DNA of 64,000 nucleotides from a virus (Duplodnaviria; Heunggongvirae; Uroviricota; Caudoviricetes): IMG/VR virus record IMGVR_UViG_3300013126_000009; one strand, 5' to 3'. Shown piece by piece: positions 56,379 to 64,000 of this stretch (position 1 is its first letter; each line of letters starts with the position of its first letter). The notes under the pieces were generated by a model. It saw only the letters and a program-made list of their open reading frames with translations, ran no database searches and was not told where the DNA came from. The position numbers and the translations under genes were made by a program.

Positions 56379-56798
56379 ATGAAAAAGACTGAATTAAAAG
56401 ACGTTTACTGTGTACTTAAGACTGATGAAGATTGGACAAAATTAGGCTTAAAGTCTCATGTTTACGCTGAAAAATCTGCCGTTTTTTGGAGTTATGACAT
56501 GCCTATGAACAATGGAGTTGTAGGTCCTACGAACCCACACTTACTTAAGCTTCAAGGTCGAACCGAAATCCCCGCCCAACACTTCATCGACCTACTGGAA
56601 GATAGAATAGTTCCTTGGAGACTTGAGGAGATTGGATTTAATAACCAGATGGTAGAAACACCATTTTTTAACGTAGAATGTGAAAATGAATTGGTTTACA
56701 TTGATGGGTCAATTACCCCACTCAACATCTCAACTTTCACAGAACTTGTACAACTTCTTAAATTCTTAGGATACGAAAAAAACAAGAAACCATATTAA
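56379..56798 (+). CDS. hypothetical protein
   Basis: 139-aa ORF. Confidence 0.35.
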   Translation: MKKTELKDVYCVLKTDEDWTKLGLKSHVYAEKSAVFWSYDMPMNNGVVGPTNPHLLKLQGRTEIPAQHFIDLLEDRIVPWRLEEIGFNNQMVETPFFNVECENELVYIDGSITPLNISTFTELVQLLKFLGYEKNKKPY

Positions 56799-56828
56799 AA
56801 AAATTACTATCTTTGTAAAAATAATATA

Positions 56829-57149
56829 ATGATTGACCTAAGTTCATATACCGATTTGGAAAACAAAAATGTTTTCATTCATTATGTTATTGAACATTAT
56901 GATGATGGTTGTAACCTCTGCTTCTCAATTGAGTTCAGAGATTATGGCCGCCAAACATATTGGTACAATGATAACCACGAGTTCGGTAATATCGAACAAA
57001 CAATGAGGTCATCAATTGAACTTGCCTATTGGTTCTTGGAAAAACCATATAGAATCAAAGGTTTCGGTCTTAGAATTTTGGATGATAAATGGGAAGAATT
57101 CAATAACGAACTGTGGGATAAGTTGGATACATTATATGTTAAAGAATGA
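56829..57149 (+). CDS. hypothetical protein
   Basis: 106-aa ORF. Confidence 0.35.
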   Translation: MIDLSSYTDLENKNVFIHYVIEHYDDGCNLCFSIEFRDYGRQTYWYNDNHEFGNIEQTMRSSIELAYWFLEKPYRIKGFGLRILDDKWEEFNNELWDKLDTLYVKE

Positions 57150-57547
57150 GCGCTAAACGTAAATCTATTTATAATGTGACTGAACAAGGTTGGCAATACT
57201 GTGAACATTGTAAACAGGATACATGGCACACAACCAAACTTGGATTGGTTGGTTCCAATAGAAGACTTTGTACTATGTGCAATTCAAGTAATAGATTAAA
57301 CTATGATAAACTAACAACATTAATTAATCGATTAGAAAAAATTGGAATTACAATCGAATGCGTTAGTAATGTACCATGGATTTATCTGGATAAAGTGAAT
57401 GGTAAAAAAGTAACAGAGGTTGGAAACGGTGGTAATCATGGCTATGTTATTGCATGGCTACCAACTAAAAGAAATGAACAATTAAAACTAACTGATAATA
57501 TGTCAGAAGTTTTTGATTTGATTAGAAAATATTGTAAAGATGAATAA
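57146..57547 (+). CDS. hypothetical zinc-finger protein
   Basis: CEHCKQ...CTMCN cysteine pairs. Confidence 0.35.
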   Translation: MSAKRKSIYNVTEQGWQYCEHCKQDTWHTTKLGLVGSNRRLCTMCNSSNRLNYDKLTTLINRLEKIGITIECVSNVPWIYLDKVNGKKVTEVGNGGNHGYVIAWLPTKRNEQLKLTDNMSEVFDLIRKYCKDE

Positions 57548-57767
57548 AGAAGAACTTATACAACATCTAGTATCTAAGATGAGTGAATTTAAATCAGATA
57601 CAGACTATGATGAAGGAGTGCGAAGAGGATTGGCATTAGCCATCGCTAACATAAGAATGGATGATTTTCCACCAGAAGCCTGTGATTTCTGTTCTACTTT
57701 GATGAAAGTAGAGTATGACGGTAAATGGTGTGCTAATTGTAATACGTACATCTCAACAAAAGATTAA
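57540..57767 (+). CDS. hypothetical protein
   Basis: 75-aa ORF with CDFC...CANCN. Confidence 0.3.
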   Translation: MNKEELIQHLVSKMSEFKSDTDYDEGVRRGLALAIANIRMDDFPPEACDFCSTLMKVEYDGKWCANCNTYISTKD

Positions 57768-57779
57768 ACCAAAACAAAA

Positions 57780-57989
57780 ATGAGTAATAGAATATATAGC
57801 TGCTCAAAAGAACAACTGAAACACATATCATTCAACGAGGATGAAGGTATACTAACAATTTCTTGGGATAAGCAAGGTATAGAAAATGCCGTAGTAGGTA
57901 TTAAACTTAAAGTAGAGTTAGTAGATAAGATAATTAGTAACTATAAAGCACCTAAAGATAATTATAGGAGCGATTATGCCGACTGGTGA
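57780..57989 (+). CDS. hypothetical protein
   Basis: 69-aa ORF. Confidence 0.3.
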   Translation: MSNRIYSCSKEQLKHISFNEDEGILTISWDKQGIENAVVGIKLKVELVDKIISNYKAPKDNYRSDYADW

Positions 57990-58130
57990 TATGAAAAGCA
58001 TTTTTAAAAATATGACTGATGAACAGTTAGCACTAGAACTCAAACTATCTGTAAGACAGAGAGGTGCTATGTTAAGAACACAAGTTATTATGGAAGAAAT
58101 ACTTCAGAGACAAATTAAACCAAAACAAAG

Positions 58131-58316
58131 ATGAGTAAAGAAGATTTAATCGAAATTATTGTAATGGGTTATGATGTTTGGAGCGGAGACTATAATAAAC
58201 TAATTGAATGGTTAAACACACCTTGCAAAGCAATGGGCGGTAATAAACCTATAGAATACACCAAAGAAGAAATCATTACCGTAATGACACGAATCGAACA
58301 TGGTGTCTATTCTTAA
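58131..58316 (+). CDS. hypothetical protein
   Basis: 61-aa ORF. Confidence 0.3.
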   Translation: MSKEDLIEIIVMGYDVWSGDYNKLIEWLNTPCKAMGGNKPIEYTKEEIITVMTRIEHGVYS

Positions 58317-58329
58317 AAAAAATATTAAA

Positions 58330-58755
58330 ATGACCGAATCTGTTTTTGAAACAATAAGAAATAATGACGAAGAACAAGCTTTGGCTTGGTTATTAAAATA
58401 TGAATATCTCTTGGTTACAAATATTAAAACACATAATGGTGAATATACAGTAGCACTTATGGTTAATGTTTCCGATATCATGGCTTGGGGAGTAGCGGAC
58501 GCTGAACCAATAGAATTCTGCGATAATTATGGTGAACCAGATGAACCAACTCCAATAATCGATTATTTTAAATTGGTCACGAGCAAAGGTTATTATGGAA
58601 CAGTTGAATGGGTTTGCAAAAAACGCAATGAACAACCACAAAAAGCTGTTAAAGATAGAATGGTGAAAGAAGGTTATTGGTCAGAAGAAATGGAAACATT
58701 ACCGCCAAACCAATACGACCAGAAAATGATTGAATTTATCAAAAAATATCAATAA
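58330..58755 (+). CDS. hypothetical protein
   Basis: ORF; start at internal ATG 58330. Confidence 0.35.
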   Translation: MTESVFETIRNNDEEQALAWLLKYEYLLVTNIKTHNGEYTVALMVNVSDIMAWGVADAEPIEFCDNYGEPDEPTPIIDYFKLVTSKGYYGTVEWVCKKRNEQPQKAVKDRMVKEGYWSEEMETLPPNQYDQKMIEFIKKYQ

Positions 58756-58769
58756 AAATAATTTTGCAC

Positions 58770-58823
58770 ATTAAAAATTATTTCATATATTTGCATTATA
58801 AATTAAAAAACGAAAATAAAAAT
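58770..58823 (+). repeat. duplicated promoter/5'-UTR, copy 1 (copy 2 at 59765-59819)
   Basis: AAAATTATTTCATATATTTGCATTATAAATTAAAAAACGAAAATAAA, identical in both copies. Confidence 0.8.
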
Positions 58824-59346
58824 GAAAAACAATTTAATTAGTTTAGGCGTGGTTGTCGGTGCGTTAATCTTTTTAGGCTTAATTGGTTTAGCTACGTATC
58901 GAATAGCATTCTTAACCTTTGTCGATAATTACGAGTTTGCATACTATTTTGATGCTAGAACTGGTCAAACCTCACCAATATTAAATGAAGACGGTTCATA
59001 TAAACATGGATATGTTAAAACCATACCATTTATTAAAATCGCACATCGGATTGATTTAAGACCAATACAAATTTGTATTAATGGCGGTAATACCCAAAGT
59101 ACTGCAAATTCTAGAGTACTCAATTGCAAGTTAGTCCAGTTTAATCCAGCAGGTTACGAAACCTTTATATCTTGGCACGGAAGAGGGGATTATAGTCATA
59201 ATAACCTAACTAACCTATTAATGAACTATGCTTATGATGAATCACAAAAAGGTTATCCGTTTTTTACAATAACAAAAGAACTTAAAAATGAAAATTACGA
59301 TAACAAAATTAAAAGTGCCGTTGACACACTTTCTATCAACCAATAA
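58822..59346 (+). CDS. hypothetical membrane-anchored protein (paralog of the next gene)
   Basis: N-terminal TM; IQICINGGN...NCKLVQF shared with 59288..59761. Confidence 0.4.
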   Translation: MKNNLISLGVVVGALIFLGLIGLATYRIAFLTFVDNYEFAYYFDARTGQTSPILNEDGSYKHGYVKTIPFIKIAHRIDLRPIQICINGGNTQSTANSRVLNCKLVQFNPAGYETFISWHGRGDYSHNNLTNLLMNYAYDESQKGYPFFTITKELKNENYDNKIKSAVDTLSINQ

Positions 59347-59761
59347 AAGCTTAATTTTACCTTTAATTACAATATTATTATTTTGGTTAGGTTTTTTTAA
59401 TTGGACTGGATATCACCAATTAAGCATTGAACGAAATATATTTAACGGTGAGATACACGTAGATACTACAGCAGGACCAAACTTATCTTGGCCATGGGTT
59501 CAGGTGGCTAATATTGATACTAGACCACGAAAACTGTGTGTCGATTGTAACTGTAAAACATTAAATTGTCGTTTGGTACAAATAAAAAAAGATAACATAA
59601 TTAAACTTATAGAAAACGAAGGTTTTAAGTATTTTTGGTTACAAAATAGAATTTCTTTTAATATTAGTGCCGAACAAGAGTATCGCGGATTTGATTATAC
59701 ATTAAGAGGTTACGCCTTCACTGATGATACACCAAATTTTATTGAAATTAAAAAATGGTGA
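59288..59761 (+). CDS. hypothetical membrane-anchored protein (paralog)
   Basis: LCVDCNCKTLNCRLVQI resembles the preceding gene; its ATG at 59288 overlaps the upstream ORF by 59 nt. Confidence 0.35.
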   Translation: MKITITKLKVPLTHFLSTNKSLILPLITILLFWLGFFNWTGYHQLSIERNIFNGEIHVDTTAGPNLSWPWVQVANIDTRPRKLCVDCNCKTLNCRLVQIKKDNIIKLIENEGFKYFWLQNRISFNISAEQEYRGFDYTLRGYAFTDDTPNFIEIKKW

Positions 59762-59764
59762 TTA

Positions 59765-59819
59765 AAAATTATTTCATATATTTGCATTATAAATTAAAAA
59801 ACGAAAATAAATAAAAATG
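59765..59819 (+). repeat. duplicated promoter/5'-UTR, copy 2
   Basis: See 58770-58823. Confidence 0.8.
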
Positions 59820-60554
59820 AGCCAAGTATTCAACTTCAAAAAATTCAATACAGATATCAATATCAATATCGATAACCAATCATTCGATAATGACATATCA
59901 ATAACAGATGGTGTTAAATACCTTAAAGGTATATTCACAAATAAAAATCGTTTCATCGAACGATTTGTTAAACCAATACAGACAACCTCAACAAATACTG
60001 GTTGGAATACCGACTCATTCATTGAAAAGGTTCTAAATGAATACGATAAAGTTGAACCATTCACATACCGTGAAGCTTTCCAAATTGAAAACTCACAATT
60101 CAGAGCAACAGTATTCGGGTCAATAGATGTAAGCGAAATGATTAACGAATTGGGAGCAACAAGAATTGCAACCGATGGAAAACACGTTAACCAAAAAGTA
60201 TATTCCGAATCTGGCGAATTTTTGGGCTATCACGAATTTGATAATATCTATGAAGTACACGAAGTGTCTGGTGAAAAACTTGGACTTGAAGAAAATCTAT
60301 ATGCTCTCAAATGTTGGTGCACAACAACCAACAAAGAACATTGGCTATGGATTGAAGACCAATATAAAGATTCACCACTCGAAGCTGTTGCCTCAACATT
60401 TAGAATTCATGAAAACCTAATACCTCACATAAAGGAAATAAAACGACAAGGTGATGTGCTTTTAGTGGAACTTAATAGCGAAGTTGAACCATCAGGTGAA
60501 ATTGTACCATTAACAGCAGAACAATACTTCAAATTCTTATCAGCACAAAGCTAA
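59817..60554 (+). CDS. hypothetical protein
   Basis: 245-aa ORF. Confidence 0.4.
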   Translation: MSQVFNFKKFNTDININIDNQSFDNDISITDGVKYLKGIFTNKNRFIERFVKPIQTTSTNTGWNTDSFIEKVLNEYDKVEPFTYREAFQIENSQFRATVFGSIDVSEMINELGATRIATDGKHVNQKVYSESGEFLGYHEFDNIYEVHEVSGEKLGLEENLYALKCWCTTTNKEHWLWIEDQYKDSPLEAVASTFRIHENLIPHIKEIKRQGDVLLVELNSEVEPSGEIVPLTAEQYFKFLSAQS

Positions 60555-60555
60555 T

Positions 60556-60944
<389 letters not shown>

Positions 60945-60959
60945 CAAAAACAAAAAATC

Positions 60960-61202
60960 ATGGAAAATTTTGAAAATAACACAATCGTATTGGAACCATC
61001 AACAAACACTCACAAACTAACAGCAAATGGTATTCAAGCAAAAGATTTGGGTAATGGTACAATGAAAATCAAAACCAACGGAAAAGCAATTGTAACACAT
61101 GGCGAACATGGAACAATAGCAACCGAAACACCTAACATTATCAAATACGTACAACAAGAAGTTAACCCAGTTACCAAAAAAATGCAAGCAGCTTTTGATT
61201 AA
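60960..61202 (+). CDS. hypothetical protein (non-repeat, embedded in the array)
   Basis: 80-aa ORF; a terminator follows. Confidence 0.35.
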   Translation: MENFENNTIVLEPSTNTHKLTANGIQAKDLGNGTMKIKTNGKAIVTHGEHGTIATETPNIIKYVQQEVNPVTKKMQAAFD

Positions 61203-61221
61203 TAGGTTAACAACTTAAAAA

Positions 61222-61260
61222 TAAATTAATGGGAATGTTCAAATACCTTCCCATTTTTTT
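61222..61260 (+). terminator. rho-independent terminator
   Basis: AATGGGAATGTTCAAATACCTTCCCATTTTTTTTT. Confidence 0.7.
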
Positions 61261-61275
61261 TTGTACCTTAGCACT

Positions 61276-61620
61276 ATGAGCAAAATTATTAAAAAAGAAT
61301 TTGATTCCAATGGTAATGTAATCTATTCTGAGGATTCAGATGGATATTTGTTTAAATATGAATTTGATTCCAATGGTAATGTAATCTATTCTGAGGATTC
61401 ATATGGATATTGGTCTAAATATGAATTTGATTCCAATGGTAATGAAATATATTCTGAGTATTCAAATGGATTTTGGTCTAAACGAGAATATGATACCAAT
61501 GGTAACAGAATCTATTATGAGAATTCAAAAGGATATTGGGATAAACGTGAATATGACGCCAATGGTAATCAAATCTATTTTGAGGATTCAGATGGTGAAC
61601 AGATATATTATATAGTATGA
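61276..61620 (+). CDS. YD/RHS-repeat-like mini-protein, family member 2
   Basis: MSKIIKKEFDSNGNVIYSEDSDGY...GEQIYYIV; start taken at MSKII rather than the track ATG. Confidence 0.55.
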   Translation: MSKIIKKEFDSNGNVIYSEDSDGYLFKYEFDSNGNVIYSEDSYGYWSKYEFDSNGNEIYSEYSNGFWSKREYDTNGNRIYYENSKGYWDKREYDANGNQIYFEDSDGEQIYYIV

Positions 61621-61898
61621 GCAAAATTATTAAAAAAGAATTTGATTCCAATGGTAATGTAATCTATCATGAGACTTCAAATGGATATTGGTATAAATAT
61701 GAATATGATACCAATGGTAAATTAATCTATTCTGAGTATTCAAATGGATTTTGGTCTAAACGAGAATATGATACCAATGGTAACAGAATCTATTATGAGA
61801 ATTCAAAAGGATATTGGTATAAACAAGAATATGACACCAATGGTAACATAATCTATTGTGAGGATTCATATGGTGAACAGATATATTATATATTATGA
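61617..61898 (+). CDS. YD/RHS-repeat-like mini-protein, family member 3
   Basis: ATGA-coupled to member 2; same N-terminal and C-terminal signatures. Confidence 0.55.
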   Translation: MSKIIKKEFDSNGNVIYHETSNGYWYKYEYDTNGKLIYSEYSNGFWSKREYDTNGNRIYYENSKGYWYKQEYDTNGNIIYCEDSYGEQIYYIL

Positions 61899-62239
61899 GT
61901 GAACTTATAAAACAAGAATATGATACCAATGGTAAATTAATCTATTTTGAGAATTCAAAGGGATATTGGTCTAAACAAGAATTTGATTCCAATGGTAAAT
62001 TAATCTATTTTGAGAATTCAAATGGATATTGGCATAAAAAAGAATTTGATACCAATGGTAATCGAATCTATTATGAGGATTCAGATGGATATTGGTGTAA
62101 ACGTGAATTTGACACCAATGGTAACATAATCTATTGTGAGGATTCATCTGGATATTGGTATAAACGTGAATATGATTCCAATGGTAACATAATCCATTAT
62201 GAGAATTCATATGGTGAACAGATATATTATATATTATGA
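61895..62239 (+). CDS. YD/RHS-repeat-like mini-protein, family member 4
   Basis: MSELIKQEYDTNGKLIYFENSKGYW...GEQIYYIL. Confidence 0.55.
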   Translation: MSELIKQEYDTNGKLIYFENSKGYWSKQEFDSNGKLIYFENSNGYWHKKEFDTNGNRIYYEDSDGYWCKREFDTNGNIIYCEDSSGYWYKREYDSNGNIIHYENSYGEQIYYIL

Positions 62240-62580
62240 GTGAACTTATAAAACAAGAATTTGATACCAATGGTAAGATAATCTATTGTGAGAATTCAAA
62301 TGGATATTGGTATAAATATGAATATGATTCCAATGGTAAAGTAATCTATTTCGAGGATTCAAGAGGCTATTGGTATAAACAAGAATATGACGCCAATGGT
62401 AATGAAATCTATTATGAGGCTTCAGATGGATATTGGTATAAACGTGAATATGATGCCAATGGTAATGTAATCTATTTTGAGAATTCAAATGGATATTGGT
62501 ATAAATATGAATATGATACCAATGGTAAATTAATCTATTATGAGAATTCAGATGGTAAGCAGATATACTACATACTATGA
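62236..62580 (+). CDS. YD/RHS-repeat-like mini-protein, family member 5
   Basis: Five 21-aa repeats; ends ...GKQIYYIL. Confidence 0.55.
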   Translation: MSELIKQEFDTNGKIIYCENSNGYWYKYEYDSNGKVIYFEDSRGYWYKQEYDANGNEIYYEASDGYWYKREYDANGNVIYFENSNGYWYKYEYDTNGKLIYYENSDGKQIYYIL

Positions 62581-62939
62581 AAAAACTTAAAGGAAATCAA
62601 ATCAACCAAAATATTATAAACAAACTGTTGGTCAACTCACCGTCAATAAACCAAACAGATTTTAAAATATATACAATAAAAAATATTTCACCAGAATTCA
62701 CAATACCAAGCAAAGCTAATGATAATATAAAACTTAAAGCAACAAACATTGAACTTTATGACCACCTAAATAATGAAACAATATATAAACAAATAGTAAC
62801 TCACGTATACCGAAACGCTAAAAATCAATGGTCACCACAAACATTAGAACTTTACCTAATGGATAATCAAAACGCAACAGAACTATTAAATAAAATAACC
62901 AAATTCATAACTATATACCAACTACTGAAAAACATATAA
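62577..62939 (+). CDS. hypothetical protein (non-repeat)
   Basis: 120-aa ORF, ATGA-coupled. Confidence 0.35.
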   Translation: MKKLKGNQINQNIINKLLVNSPSINQTDFKIYTIKNISPEFTIPSKANDNIKLKATNIELYDHLNNETIYKQIVTHVYRNAKNQWSPQTLELYLMDNQNATELLNKITKFITIYQLLKNI

Positions 62940-63216
62940 TGACAGAATCACGACATTGAATCAGTAATTAAAAACCCCATAAATCAAGCCTAAGACACTT
63001 TCTCGGTATAAACCATACTCAGGTACCATTTTATACTTTTATTAGCAAGTGTGCCATTTTTTAAAGTATTATGATAATTAACCCGTATAATGCTAAATGA
63101 AATAATCTGGTGGGTGAAAGTGGTAGAGAAATATGGTAAAATGGCAATAAGTGGTAAACAATGGTATATGAAATATATTATAATACGTAAATTATACCTT
63201 AATGACCAATGAGAAA

Positions 63217-63270
63217 TATACTAAGAATATACTAAGAATATACTAAGAATATACTAAGAATATACTGAAG
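63217..63270. repeat. 11-bp tandem repeat (TATACTAAGAA) x ~4.5
   Basis: ATATACTAAGAATATACTAAGAATATACTAAGAATATACTAAGAATATACTGAAG, inside an ORF-free stretch. Confidence 0.9.
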
Positions 63271-63403
63271 TAATCAACCCATTCATAAATTATTTATAGA
63301 TTTTACAAAATATTTTTGATATATACAAGTCATTTACCACAAAATACCACAATCAGTTTAAAAATTTTTATGTACCTTTATACCCCGAAATAATAACAAT
63401 ACT

Positions 63404-63622
63404 ATGATTAAGATTATAAAACGTGAATACGATACCAATGGTAATGTAATCTATTCTGAGTATTCAAATGGATATTGGTATAAACGTGAATATGATTCCA
63501 ATGGTAATCGAATTTATTTTGAGAATTCATATGGATATTGGTATAAACAAGAATATGACACCAATGGTAATGTAATCTATTTTGAGAATTCAGATGGTGA
63601 ACAGATATATTATATATTATGA
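63404..63622 (+). CDS. YD/RHS-repeat-like mini-protein, family member 6
   Basis: MIKIIKREYDTNGNVIYSEYSNGYWYKREYDSNGNRIYFENS...GEQIYYIL. Confidence 0.55.
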   Translation: MIKIIKREYDTNGNVIYSEYSNGYWYKREYDSNGNRIYFENSYGYWYKQEYDTNGNVIYFENSDGEQIYYIL

Positions 63623-63900
63623 GTAAAATTATAAAACGTGAATACGATACCAATGGTAATGTAATCTATTCTGAGAATTCAAAAGGATATTGGTATAAAC
63701 GTGAATTTGACACCAATGGTAACATAATCTATTGTGAGGATTCATCTGGATATTGGTATAAACGAGAATTTGATTCCAATGGTAACATAATCCATTATGA
63801 GAATTCAGATGGATTTTGGTGTAAACGTGAATACGATACCAATGGTAATGTAATCTATTATGAGACTTCAGATGGTGAACAGATATATTATATAGTATGA
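63619..63900 (+). CDS. YD/RHS-repeat-like mini-protein, family member 7
   Basis: ATGA-coupled; four repeats. Confidence 0.55.
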   Translation: MSKIIKREYDTNGNVIYSENSKGYWYKREFDTNGNIIYCEDSSGYWYKREFDSNGNIIHYENSDGFWCKREYDTNGNVIYYETSDGEQIYYIV

Positions 63901-64000
63901 GTAAAATTATAAAACAAGAATATGATTCCAATGGTAATGAAGTCTATTATGAGTATTCAAATGGATATTGGTATAAACGAGAATATGATTCCAATGGTAA
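63897..64000 (+). CDS. YD/RHS-repeat-like mini-protein, family member 8 (3'-truncated by window end)
   Basis: MSKIIKQEYDSNGNEVYYEYSNGYWYKREYDSNG... Confidence 0.5.
   Translation, partial: MSKIIKQEYDSNGNEVYYEYSNGYWYKREYDSNG

Overview
AT-rich (~33% GC), very gene-dense window, almost entirely plus-strand coding. I read it as part of a large (jumbo-type) bacteriophage genome whose host is probably in the Bacteroidota, because most genes are preceded by a Bacteroidetes sigma-A-like promoter (TTTG ... TAnnTTTG, e.g. TTGCATAGTTAA...TATATTTGTA). Identifiable content:
- ~19 tRNA genes in three clusters, with some non-canonical D-arms.
- A tRNA gene apparently split by ~600 bp carrying an HNH endonuclease gene.
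- A ~2 kb ORF-free stretch (16.2-18.25 kb) packed with aberrant tRNA-like elements.
- An IS605-family TnpB element.
- A tRNA-repair gene set: PNK-type 3'-phosphatase, Rnl1-like and Rnl2-like RNA ligases, and a Thg1-like protein.
- An NAD+ salvage cluster (NMNAT-Nudix, NAMPT, PRPP synthetase) next to a SLOG-like protein.
- Host-like IF-3, a sigma-70 family factor and a GatB/YqeY protein.
- Several metallophosphoesterases and HD hydrolases, two AAA ATPases, and an SPFH/flotillin-like protein.
The two most unusual regions:
- A 2.6 kb island (40.1-42.75 kb) of small ORFs bracketed by covarying inverted repeats, followed by a compact tyrosine recombinase.
- A tandem array of at least 8 small paralogous genes made of 21-aa YD/RHS-like repeats (60.5-64 kb).
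All calls come from reading the sequence and motif-level recognition only; no searches were run.
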